Origin: Candidatus Latescibacterota bacterium
GTDB taxonomy: Bacteria; Latescibacterota; CBDEFO01
Length of the DNA stretch: 64,000 nt
Direction: 5' to 3'
NCBI GenBank assembly: GCA_965237525.1
Contig: CBDEFO010000003.1
Span: 256,001-320,000, forward strand
Shown: positions 20,539-30,700 of the stretch, piece by piece
Layout: each line of letters opens with the position of its first letter
Position numbering within the stretch: position 1 is the stretch's first letter
Made by a program: the position numbers and the translations under genes
The notes under the pieces: model-generated
What the model was told of the DNA's origin: nothing
Database searches by the model: none
Seen by the model: the letters and a program-made list of their open reading frames with translations, nothing else

Positions 20539-21642
20539 ATGGACACAATCCAAATACCGGTGATCGAGGTGCGCCAGAATATTGGAGAACTATATGTCGG
20601 TGCTATGAAAGCCCATGATCTATATGCTATAGCTAAGGTGGATCGCATTAGATTGGAATCCATGAAGATACCGAAGTATGCAGGATTCCAACGCCCTCTT
20701 GTTCAAGATCGGATAAGCGCCATCCGAGATTACCTGGACACACCACGATGTACCTTCCCAAACGCGATTATCCTATCTTTGGATTCGGAGTACATTGAGA
20801 ATTGGGAAGATGTTCAGGGCGGCTCGAATGTGAGTACGTTGAATGTTCGGCGAGAAGAGGGAGCAGCGAAAATCATCGATGGCCAGCACCGTTCTGCAGC
20901 GCTTGATGCTTCTCAACAAGGATTTGAGGTGATCGTATCGATCTTTGTAGATCTTGAAATGGGACGAAGTGCTGAAATCTTTTCTAAAATTAACAGTACG
21001 CAAAAGGCCGTAAATCCCTCTATTGCCTTCCAATTGTTTGGATATGCAGAAGATCGCAGTCCGCAACGCACTGCGCATGAAATAGCAGAGATATTCAATA
21101 CCACCGAAGGATCACCTTTCTATAAGCGTCTTAGGATGCTAGGAACCAAGGATAATTGGTCGATGGGAGGAACTCTTAGTCAATCGACTTTCTGCAAGGA
21201 ACTGATGAGGTTGTACACAAGAGATCCAACACGAGATGAGAACCGTCTTTTACGTAAAGAGAAATTAGACACCTATTCAGATTATCCCTTCCGAGACTGG
21301 TTTATAGAAAGTAATGATCAGAAAATCCTGGAAACAGTATGGAGGTTTTTCGTCCGCATCGCTAATACGTGGCCAGAGCAGTGGTGGGATAAAGGAGGTG
21401 AATCAAACCTTACAAAAACAACAGGGTATGCAGCATTCATACAGATTCTAAGAATATGGCTTTTGAATGGTTCACAAGCTAATCAAGTTCTAGAAGATAA
21501 CGGAGTTGAAGAACTATTTAAGAGAATTAAGGAAAAGTACGAGAGTCCTCAACATCGGTTTGTTAGTAAGAATTACCGTGCCGGTAACGAAGGTGTAGTG
21601 AATCTACGCGACGCCCTTGTTAAAGACCTTAAAGTGAAATAG
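20539..21642 (+). CDS. DGQHR-domain protein (DndB/ParB-like superfamily)
   Basis: GFQRPL..RISAIRDYL..FPNAIIL..IIDGQHR..IFSKINSTQKAVNPS. Confidence 0.9.
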   Translation: MDTIQIPVIEVRQNIGELYVGAMKAHDLYAIAKVDRIRLESMKIPKYAGFQRPLVQDRISAIRDYLDTPRCTFPNAIILSLDSEYIENWEDVQGGSNVSTLNVRREEGAAKIIDGQHRSAALDASQQGFEVIVSIFVDLEMGRSAEIFSKINSTQKAVNPSIAFQLFGYAEDRSPQRTAHEIAEIFNTTEGSPFYKRLRMLGTKDNWSMGGTLSQSTFCKELMRLYTRDPTRDENRLLRKEKLDTYSDYPFRDWFIESNDQKILETVWRFFVRIANTWPEQWWDKGGESNLTKTTGYAAFIQILRIWLLNGSQANQVLEDNGVEELFKRIKEKYESPQHRFVSKNYRAGNEGVVNLRDALVKDLKVK

Positions 21643-21648
21643 ATTATA

Positions 21649-22500
21649 ATGTTAAAGCCTTTACTAAAGTGGCCAGGAGGAAAACGCTGGCTTGCTGCGA
21701 AAATTGTGCCTCACCTAGAAGGTACCTTTAAAAGATACATTGAACCTTTTTTTGGAGGGGGTGCGGTTTTGTTTGCACTTGAACCGCCCCGAGGATTGGC
21801 ATCGGATACAAATGGTGATTTAATCGACTGTTACCAGGCGATTAGGAAAGAAGGACACCGCGTACTGTGTGAACTCAACAAACTGCAGTGCATAAAGAGC
21901 GAGTATTACCGCATCCGTGATAGTTGGAACCCCCAGTGTGAGTTCCAACGTGCGTCTCGTCTTATTTACCTTTTGCGACACTCTTGGAATGGACTGTACC
22001 GCGTCAATAAAAAGGGTCGTTTCAATGTGCCATATTGCCCACGTGAGCGAAAGGATAGGCTTACAAGAGAGATGATGACCGGTGTCCAATCAATATTGCA
22101 GCGGGTTAGCTTAGAGTGTCAGGATTTCGAACAAGCTATTGCAAAAGCAGAAAAAGGTGACTTGATATTTGCAGACCCACCTTACTTCGAGAATGGTAAC
22201 ACAAAATTTGGAAATTATAGTTCAATTTCTTTTCAAGAAGAAGATCAAGAGCGTCTTGCAAAAGCCCTTACCACAGCAGAACGTAGAGGCGCCGCTTGGA
22301 TCCTTACCGATGGATGTTTTGAGCAGGTTCGGACCCATTTCTTAGGGCATGATATATTCGTTGTACCTCGTCAGTCTGTCATCGCTGCAGATCCAAAGTA
22401 TCGGAAGAGGATTTCTGAATATGTTGTGCTCTCCAGAGGAAGTGAACTCGGAAAGCTACGCCAATTTCTTGCCGAGAACTATAAACTGGTTTCCAACTGA
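21649..22500 (+). CDS. Dam-family (D12 class) DNA adenine methyltransferase
   Basis: LKWPGGK, YIEPFFGGGAV, NGLYRVNKKGRFNVP and DPPY motifs. Confidence 0.92.
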   Translation: MLKPLLKWPGGKRWLAAKIVPHLEGTFKRYIEPFFGGGAVLFALEPPRGLASDTNGDLIDCYQAIRKEGHRVLCELNKLQCIKSEYYRIRDSWNPQCEFQRASRLIYLLRHSWNGLYRVNKKGRFNVPYCPRERKDRLTREMMTGVQSILQRVSLECQDFEQAIAKAEKGDLIFADPPYFENGNTKFGNYSSISFQEEDQERLAKALTTAERRGAAWILTDGCFEQVRTHFLGHDIFVVPRQSVIAADPKYRKRISEYVVLSRGSELGKLRQFLAENYKLVSN

Positions 22501-22642
22501 CCTTTTAGTTGGATAGTGCGTGAGGAGTCAACGAATTTACAATGTTACAAAAGAAGCACGAAAATCCAATCAAAATATTTAAGTTCTGTTATACTTAACT
22601 CAATATCACATTAATTTTATATCGAGAAGGGGGGTATCAAAG

Positions 22643-23326
22643 ATGCAAAAACATCTCATAATCTTGTTGACAGGATGTGTGCTCATACTTTACGGCTGCG
22701 GCGAAGATGGAGGTCCCACCTCCGGAACAAGGAGCGGACAGGTTCTATACCAGGAAAACTTCGATTCATACATAGACGGAACTCTGCCCGATTCCTGGGT
22801 GTGGACCGGCGACCCAACAGGTGGAGGCGCTTTCACTGTTAAAGATAAAGTCTTTAAACATACAGTAGAAGGAGACGTTTACTACTTCTATCAACGGCAG
22901 ACGTTCGGCGACGGGACATATGAGTTCGACGTGGACAGCGATGACACCTCGTGGATCTTTGCCTGGAGGATTACGTCTACAGATCCTTCGGAAGGGCAGG
23001 CGCTCCACCTCCAGTATAATATTCCGGTCGGTAGCAACAACCTGATTTTCTCCGTATCGGATTGGTCCACACTGGAGCAACATCCGCACGGTCAATTTAT
23101 GTGGCACAACGCATCTTCCGATACCCTGCTGGCAGCTGAATTGTCCCTGTCCTCAGGCCCGCATTACATAAAAATCGAGGACGATGGAAAAGCGGCTACT
23201 TTCCGCGTTGACGATGTGACCGTATTGGGGCACCCTCACGAACTGGATTCTGAGGGATTTATCGGACTCGGGAGTCAAAAAGCCTTAGGCATCGAATATG
23301 ACAATATTTCTGTAAAGGCCCTCTGA
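22643..23326 (+). CDS. lipoprotein with probable beta-sandwich (ConA/DUF1080-like) domain
   Basis: Lipobox ILYGC; YQENFD start and GFIGL..YDNISV end. Confidence 0.65.
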   Translation: MQKHLIILLTGCVLILYGCGEDGGPTSGTRSGQVLYQENFDSYIDGTLPDSWVWTGDPTGGGAFTVKDKVFKHTVEGDVYYFYQRQTFGDGTYEFDVDSDDTSWIFAWRITSTDPSEGQALHLQYNIPVGSNNLIFSVSDWSTLEQHPHGQFMWHNASSDTLLAAELSLSSGPHYIKIEDDGKAATFRVDDVTVLGHPHELDSEGFIGLGSQKALGIEYDNISVKAL

Positions 23327-23393
23327 TTCTCAAGTAAATTCGAGCACACTATTATCGCTAACTAAGTAGACAGGTTACCGCCTCTCCCCCCTT

Positions 23394-23491
23394 GAGATTG
23401 CTTGGCTGCCCCCGATTAAATCGGGGGTCGCAACGACAGTATCCGTCTTTGGCTTTCAGTCATTGCGAGGGGAAAAGCCCCGAAGCAATCT
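23394..23491. repeat. REP/RPE-like composite repeat (GAGATTGCTT..GCAACGACAG..GTCATTGCGAGGGG..AGCCCCGAAGCAATCTC), copy 1
   Basis: Related copy at 34594-34711; self-complementary ends; contains palindrome CCCCCGATTAAATCGGGGG. Confidence 0.75.
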
Positions 23492-23575
23492 CCGTTAGAC
23501 TGCCTCTCCCTCTATGTTGTCTACTATTTTGGATCTCTATAATTCATCTCCAGATTATTTTGACCTCATACTTAG

Positions 23576-23738
23576 CCTGGATTATTCATAAATTCTGATG
23601 GACCTGTGATAAGCTACTGTCAATACTGGGCTTTTAATTTTCGGTCTCATTTGAAAAACCAGCGGATTCTCCAGTCAACAACCTGTTGTATAACAGCGAC
23701 TTATGTAACATTCGAGGCAAGTTTGTGAATAATCCGGG
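23576..23738. mobile_element. 163-bp MITE with imperfect 18-bp TIRs and TTAG target-site duplication
   Basis: CCTGGATTATTCATAAAT ... GTTTGTGAATAATCCGGG, flanked by TTAG at 23572-23575 and 23739-23742; no coding capacity. Confidence 0.8.
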
Positions 23739-23783
23739 TTAGCAAACCGATAAAGAGTCCTCACATATCGGAAATATACGAAG

Positions 23784-25277
23784 ATGAACTACACAACGAA
23801 CATCGGTCTTGAGATACATTGTCAACTCGACACGGAAAGCAAGTTGTTCTGCGAGTGCAGTGCCAGATATTTCCAGAAATACCAAAGGACAGGGACTTCC
23901 AAGATAAAACCAAATATGGAGATATGTCCCATCTGTCTCGGGCTTCCGGGGATACTCCCTGTACCTAACCTTGAGGCGATAAGGCTCTGCGTTAAATTGT
24001 CTTTAGCCCTCAACTGCGAAATCTTAGAAGAAGTGATCTTCCACCGCAAGAGCTATACGTATCCAGATCTTCCCAAAAACTATCAGATCTCGCAGTTTAA
24101 AAACGCAATAGGCAGTAACGGATACATGGACCTGGACCTGAATGGAGAGAATAAGAAAGTAACAATAACCGAAGTCCATCTGGAAGAGGATCCCGGAAAG
24201 CTCGAACATGAAAAAAGCGACACGGGGATAGACTTCAACAGATGCGGCATACCGCTTGCGGAAATCGTTACTGACTACAGAGATATAGCCACGTCCAGGG
24301 AGGCCCAGGCGTTCGTTCTAAAGCTCAGAGATATAGTCAGAGACACGGAAGTATCCAACGGCGATATGGAGAAAGGATCCTTACGGGTGGACATAAATAT
24401 CTCTGTCCGCCCCCAAGACGAAGGAAATTACGGCACCAAGACCGAGATCAAAAACCTCAACTCTATAAGAGCCGCAGGAGATGCTATTGACGCCGAATCT
24501 GAAAGACAGAGAAATCTCCTTGAATCAGGGGATAGAGTCAGACCGGCCACTTTAAGATGGGATGGTCACGGATTAAGCCTCCTCAGAGTTAAAGAAGAGG
24601 CCTCAGACTACAGATATTTTCCTGATCCTGACTTAGCCCCTATCAAATTAGACCCGGAACTTATAGAAGAAATAAAAAGCCAACTGCCGGAGGAAAGGGA
24701 CGAACTTTTCAGGCGACTTGTGGAAGAAAATGCCTTGACGGAAGATCAGGCGGAAATCCTGATCTTCGAGAGGACGCTTGCACGCTTCTTTGAACTTGGG
24801 GTCGCTGGGACAAAAGATGCGGAGCTTACTTACAACTTCCTTACATCCACGCTTCTTCCGAACCTTCAGAAGCGCAATTTGGAGCTTAAAGACGTTTCTT
24901 CTGAAAAGATAGCTCAATTCTTAAGGTACGTCAAAGATCACAACACTGATAAGACCCTTGTCCACCAGGCACTCAATCAGTCTATAGACCAAAAGACAGA
25001 TCTTGTCGAGACTATAAAAGGCCTATCCTCCAAAAGAATAGGAACAGATGAGACCGAACGCATAGTGGATGAGACCATACAGAGGCTCAAGAAGGATGCC
25101 TCCGACGACAAGGGAAACGTAGTTGACAATGCCGTTGCGGAGTTTAAGGATATAGGGCAGTCCAAAGCCGTAAACGTTATAATAGGCGCCATAATGAGAG
25201 AATACGGCAGGAAGGTCGATCCCAAAGACGTAGGGAAATTGGTCAACCGGAAGATACAAGAGATGGCCGAAGCATGA
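23784..25277 (+). CDS. gatB: Asp/Glu-tRNA amidotransferase subunit B
   Basis: IGLEIHCQL, CPICLGLPG, YPDLPKNYQISQ, HLEEDPG, EIKNLNS and DYRYFPDPDL motifs. Confidence 0.93.
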   Translation: MNYTTNIGLEIHCQLDTESKLFCECSARYFQKYQRTGTSKIKPNMEICPICLGLPGILPVPNLEAIRLCVKLSLALNCEILEEVIFHRKSYTYPDLPKNYQISQFKNAIGSNGYMDLDLNGENKKVTITEVHLEEDPGKLEHEKSDTGIDFNRCGIPLAEIVTDYRDIATSREAQAFVLKLRDIVRDTEVSNGDMEKGSLRVDINISVRPQDEGNYGTKTEIKNLNSIRAAGDAIDAESERQRNLLESGDRVRPATLRWDGHGLSLLRVKEEASDYRYFPDPDLAPIKLDPELIEEIKSQLPEERDELFRRLVEENALTEDQAEILIFERTLARFFELGVAGTKDAELTYNFLTSTLLPNLQKRNLELKDVSSEKIAQFLRYVKDHNTDKTLVHQALNQSIDQKTDLVETIKGLSSKRIGTDETERIVDETIQRLKKDASDDKGNVVDNAVAEFKDIGQSKAVNVIIGAIMREYGRKVDPKDVGKLVNRKIQEMAEA

Positions 25278-25283
25278 AGATCG

Positions 25284-26243
25284 TTATGCTCGCTGGTCAG
25301 CCGTGTACACATCTACCGTCTCCACAGGGCGGAATTTTCTCTTAAACTGTTTTAAGCCAGCACTCCCCAAATCGCTCGCATCGTTTATAAGCTCGAACTT
25401 TCTCATTTCACTAAAGAAACAATATCTCGTATATTCTGAAAGTCCTTTTATGTCCAGATCGCACTTCGAGACAAAGAAATTAGCCATCCCAGCCCACATC
25501 CTTCCCCCCATCCAGAATCCCCTTATCTTCCCATCTATCTCGGCAACCCACCCGGAAAGATCTGGAACTTTTGCATAATACTCTAAAGCGGATCTCGTGT
25601 AAGCCCAGTCCAAGAGCCTCAGTGAACGTCCCTCTCTCCCATGTCTTTTAGCCTTTCTCCATGCACGCATAATTTCCATGCACCCGTCCACATCTTCTTT
25701 CCTCATCTTTCTACATAGGACTTTATATTCCTTTTCAGTGCGACGTATTCGCTTCCTCAGGTCCCTGTAAGGGCTCCCTTCCATCCCCACAATCTTCTTT
25801 GGGTCATATATATACTCCGCCTCCTTCCACCTGAGATAGCAGACGCCCATCTTATCCATCGCCACTTTGTCACACCTGTCCACCCACAAGATTCTCCCCT
25901 CTTTATCTCCGTTAAAAGAGTTCATCAACTCTGTGCACTGCACAAGAGCACTATCTGAAAAGGGCAGGGGAGGGAAAAACATATTCATCCTGACGCCCTC
26001 AGGTCTGTGATTTACCACAAAGACACAGAGACACCCGCTTATCTTCATCCAGAATATGTCTCTTGAGGGGGAGGCCCCGTAACAGAAGATAAACGGAAAG
26101 TAGTAACACCAGGTCTTCTTCCGATTCTCGCTAAATGCCTCTATGAACAGATCCGCATCCTCAAGCGTCAGGCGCTTTAGCCGTGTCTCAAAGCGGACTA
26201 TTTTACTATCTGCAGTAAGAAGGGGACTATCCGCGCTCTGCAT
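25284..26243 (-). CDS. DUF2156 / phosphatidylglycerol-lysyltransferase-like tandem GNAT protein (aminoacyl-tRNA-dependent transferase fold)
   Basis: EYIY..G..Y..RK.I, KCDLDIKGLSEY, IN.ASDLG..GL.QFK.KFRP motifs; no membrane domain. Confidence 0.75.
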   Translation of the reverse strand: MQSADSPLLTADSKIVRFETRLKRLTLEDADLFIEAFSENRKKTWCYYFPFIFCYGASPSRDIFWMKISGCLCVFVVNHRPEGVRMNMFFPPLPFSDSALVQCTELMNSFNGDKEGRILWVDRCDKVAMDKMGVCYLRWKEAEYIYDPKKIVGMEGSPYRDLRKRIRRTEKEYKVLCRKMRKEDVDGCMEIMRAWRKAKRHGREGRSLRLLDWAYTRSALEYYAKVPDLSGWVAEIDGKIRGFWMGGRMWAGMANFFVSKCDLDIKGLSEYTRYCFFSEMRKFELINDASDLGSAGLKQFKRKFRPVETVDVYTADQRA

Positions 26244-26616
26244 CGAACAACCTCGTCCTTGAAGGCTTCAGCTCCTTCTTCAGATGATCTACAATTACCG
26301 AACTGTCCATCCCACCTGGTGGCTTGCTGCCGCCCCTGAAAGAATCATTCGGGGACTGCTCGTCCCTCCCGTCACAGGACAGAATGTCCACAGCCATAAA
26401 TCCCTCCTCAGCCCAGGTGTGGACGCTCACGTGCGACTCGGAGATCATGACATATCCGCTGAATCCGTAAGGCTCAAACTGATGAAAGTGATAGTGCACG
26501 ATCTTGGCCCCTGAAAGCTTCACAGCCTCTATCAGCACGCTCTTTACAGGCTCTACCTGCTTCAAGAGTTCTATGTTATCAAACCACATATCCAAAAGGA
26601 TGTGGCTCCTTGTCAT
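26227..26616 (-). CDS. speD: S-adenosylmethionine decarboxylase proenzyme, with an insertion after the conserved Cys
   Basis: FHQFEPYGFSG..ISESHVSVHTW.E..VDILSC, including the self-cleavage ES|H motif. Confidence 0.9.
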   Translation of the reverse strand: MTRSHILLDMWFDNIELLKQVEPVKSVLIEAVKLSGAKIVHYHFHQFEPYGFSGYVMISESHVSVHTWAEEGFMAVDILSCDGRDEQSPNDSFRGGSKPPGGMDSSVIVDHLKKELKPSRTRLFDAERG

Positions 26617-27656
26617 CTTTTCCTTTTCTCCTTCTTTTTCACCTGTGATGTGTACAGTTGTCCTTCATAGACGCTCCTTACAGAAGAGCGAGCTGAAGGC
26701 GTAGTCAGGGCGTGGATCAACTGACTCGATCCCGCCAGAATTTGAGCCCCTTCATATCTATTGAACCCGGGGATAATCTCCCTTATAAGTAGACCCATAG
26801 AAATAGCGCTTTTGTGTATCCTTATCATCTCATTCCACCCTTTATGAGCGAATGAAATGAACATCTGCTGTCCTTGATCATCTTTTAGTCCCTCAAGTCC
26901 TCGCGATACGAAAAGCTCAAACCCTTCCAGGGTATAAGGGGGATCTGTCGCAAGGACATCGAACCTCTTTTGGAATCTTTCGGGAAGAGGCGTCCTCAAG
27001 TCGTGCTGCACAGCCTCGATCATCAGATCCTCTTCTTTTGAAATGTTGGATATATAATCCACTATCCTTCCATCTACTTCCAGGACGCATATACTCCCCT
27101 TCATATTCTCACTTTTGCAATATAGCTCCCTTTTCAAGAGTCCCAGAGCCAAAGACGCCAGATCGTCATCTCCCAGGATCAGAACATCCCTGCCCTCTAC
27201 AGCGTCGTTTTCGTACATATACAGAGCCCTGTTCAAGGCCGTCTGTGGAGTGTCGTGTGACTGATCCACGGACCTGTCCACAGATGGCCTTTCCCTGCAA
27301 TAGTGGATCAAGGTCTCCAACAGCGGCTCTAATTCAGAAGACGATAAAATTCCTCTCCCTCGGCAATGTGGGCAGTTAAAACTCTCTCTGCTCCATATGC
27401 CCATATCCTCCTTCAAAATATCATTTCCCTTGTCCGAAAGACATAATCCGCTTTTTCTTACTAATATGCCCCTCTTTTCTAATTCTCTCCTCACAGCCGA
27501 CACCACGGGCAAAGGGAGATGGACCGACTGAGAGAGTTCCCAAAGACTTACGTTTCCCCTCCTGTAGACCTCCCTTAGAATACGCCTTACCGCCTCATGG
27601 CCCTCGTAAATTTGGGTCGCCGATGAAACCTCCGAAAGGAGATCGTCTCCTGTCAC
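26613..27656 (-). CDS. bpsA: bis-aminopropyl-spermidine (branched-chain polyamine) synthase family protein with N-terminal winged helix and CxxC
   Basis: RP..DQ, LGDDDLASLA, EVDGRI, HDLRTPLP and TDPPYT..G..LF.SRG motifs; adjacent to speD. Confidence 0.82.
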   Translation of the reverse strand: MTGDDLLSEVSSATQIYEGHEAVRRILREVYRRGNVSLWELSQSVHLPLPVVSAVRRELEKRGILVRKSGLCLSDKGNDILKEDMGIWSRESFNCPHCRGRGILSSSELEPLLETLIHYCRERPSVDRSVDQSHDTPQTALNRALYMYENDAVEGRDVLILGDDDLASLALGLLKRELYCKSENMKGSICVLEVDGRIVDYISNISKEEDLMIEAVQHDLRTPLPERFQKRFDVLATDPPYTLEGFELFVSRGLEGLKDDQGQQMFISFAHKGWNEMIRIHKSAISMGLLIREIIPGFNRYEGAQILAGSSQLIHALTTPSARSSVRSVYEGQLYTSQVKKKEKRKR

Positions 27657-27769
27657 TATTTTCTCACTTTCTTGCTTATTGGTATCCCTCGTATCCTGCT
27701 TTGGAATAAGCCTACCGCATCAAGACCAGCTTCCTGTCTGCACAAATCCATCTGTCTCTAACTGTAAAG

Positions 27770-30700
27770 CTATCCTGTCCTGCCAAAGTTATCCAGAAAG
27801 ATCACAAAGTCGGATAGACCGATCTCTTCATCATTATCCAAATCAAATGTGGTATCCCAATCCGGTGAACTGGTCGTTGCCCCAAATGCATCCAGAAAAA
27901 GAACAAAATCGGAGAGACCTACTTCATTATCCCCGTTGAAATCTCCTACAAGGCTAGGGACGACAACAGGGATATCAGAGAGATTCAACAACACTGATAC
28001 AGTAGTGCCTCTGATGAACTCGCCCGGATTAGCCACAGCCAGGTCATTATCTCCATCCCCATCTAAATCGGCACTGAAAACTGATGAGGCAGCATCCCCA
28101 GCGTCATAGTCCAACTTGTCTGCAAATGTCCCATCTCCATTATTCAACAACACTGATACATTATCGCTGCCAAAATTAGCCACAGCTAAGTCATTATCTC
28201 CATCCCTATCCAAATCTGCACTGAAGACTGAACGTGGCCTACTCCCAGCACCATAGTCCACCTTAGGTGCAAATGTACCATCTCCATTATTCAGCAACAC
28301 TGATACAGTAGTGCCTCTGATGAACTCGCCCGGATTAGCCACAGCCAGGTCATTATCTCCATCTCCATCTAAATCGGCAATGAATACTGATGAGGCAGCA
28401 TCCCCAGCGTCATAGTCCAACTTGTCTGCAAATGTCCCATCTCCATTATTCAACAACACTGATACATTATCGCTGCCAAAATTAGCCACAGCTAAGTCAT
28501 TATCTCCATCCCTATCCAAATCTGCACTGAAGACTGAACGTGGCCTACTCCCAGCACCATAGTCCACCTTAGGTGCAAATGGTACCATCCCCCTTGTTCA
28601 ACAACACTGACATACCATTCCGATTAGCCACAACTAAGTCATTATCTCCATCTTCATCTAAATCCACACTGAAGACTGAACGTGGCCTACTCCCAGCACC
28701 ATGGTCCACCTTAGGTGCAAATGTCCCATCTCCATTATTCAACAATACTGACACAGTACCGTTGAATACAGTATTAGCCACAGCCAAGTCATTATCTCCA
28801 TCCCCATCTAAATCGGCACTGAAAACTGATGTGGCACTAATCCCAGCGTCATAGTCCACCTGAGGTGCAAATGTTCCGTCTCCATTATTTAACAACACTG
28901 ACACAGTACCAAGAAAGCCACTTGAATTAGCCACAGCCAAATCATTATCTCCATCCCCATCTAAATCTGCACTGAATACTGAACCGGGGGAATCCCCAGT
29001 GGCATAGTCAGTCTTAGGTCCGAAAAGGGCAGGAACGAAAGTAAATCCGTTCTCAAGTGTGCCTGCCAGACCATCTGGATTTGTGACTGTCACATCCAAA
29101 GTACCAGCAGGATGAGCAGGAATCACAGCAGCAATGATATTGGTGGCAACTACGACTACATCTGTGGCTGCAATATTGCCGAAAGTAACAGTTGCTCCTC
29201 TCTGGAAAACGCTCCCTTTTATTGTCACAGGCGTACCGATCAATTCCAAGCCTGAAGTGGGATTAATAGATGTCACAGCAGGAGGACCAGGAGGAGGCGT
29301 CACAGACAGATTCAACAACACTGATACAGTACCGTTGGCCACAAAATTAGCCACAGCCAGGTCATTATCACCATCCCCATCTAAATCTGCACTGAAAACT
29401 GACCAGGGAGCATTCCCAGTGGCATAGCCCACCTTGTCTGTAAATGTACCATCTCCATTATTCATCAACACTGATACATTAGCGCCTCCAGCAGTAGCCG
29501 CTACTATGTCATTATCTGCATCCCCATCTAAATCTGCAATGAATACTGACAGGGGAATCTCTCCAACACGATAGTCGACTTTAGGTGCAAATGGTCCCAT
29601 CTCCATTATTCAACAACACTGACACAGTATTACTGTTCAAATTAGCCGTAGCTAAGTCATTATCACCATCACCATCCAAATCTTCAATAAATACTGAACG
29701 GGGAAACTCCCCAACACTATAGTCCATCTTAGTTGCGAATGTACCATCTCCATTATTCAACAACACTGACACATTGTCACCGTTCTGATTAGCCACAGCT
29801 AGGTGATTATCTCCATCTCCATCTAAATCCGCACTGAATACTGAAATGGCAGCACTCCCAGCTTGATAGTGCACTTTAGGTGCAAATGTCCCATCTCCAT
29901 TATTCAAGAGTACTGACACTTGAGACGTAACTAGGTCATTGTCTCCATCCCCATCTAAATCCGCACTGAATACAGAAAAACCCCCAGCGGGATAGTCCAT
30001 CTTAGGTGCAAATGTACCATCCCCATTATTCATCAACACTGATACACTGAAATCGCAACACGATCCACTATTAGTCACAGCCATATCATTATCTCCATCT
30101 CCATCTAAATCTGCAATGAAGACTGATGAGGGTTCATTCTCAACACTGTAGTCCACCTTAGGTGCAAATGTTCCATCTCCTTTATTTAGCAACACTGACA
30201 CATTATCGCTTTCATAATTTGCCACAGCTAGGTCATAATCTCCATCCCCATCTACATCTGCACCGAAAACTGATCCGGGACGATTCCCAGCGGCATAGTC
30301 AGCTCTGAGTCCGAAAAGGGCAGGAACGAAAGTAAACCCGTTCTCACGTATGCCTGCCTGACCGTCGGGATTTGTAACTGTCACGTCCACAATACCAACA
30401 GGATGAGCAGGAGTCACCGCGGTAATGGTAGTGGAGTTCACTACGGCTATATTTGTGGCTACGCTACTGCCAAAAGTAACAGTCGCTCCTCTCTGGAAAT
30501 TGCTCCCTTTTATTGTCACACTCACAGGAGTACCGACTAATTCCGCGTCGGAAGTGGGATTAACAGATGTCACAACTGGAGGAGGAGGAACAATAACCTC
30601 AAATCCGTTCTCAAGTGTGTCTGCCTGACCGTCAGGATTTGTAACTATCACGTCCACAGTACCGACAGGATGGGTAGGAGTACCAAGGGTAATGGTACCC

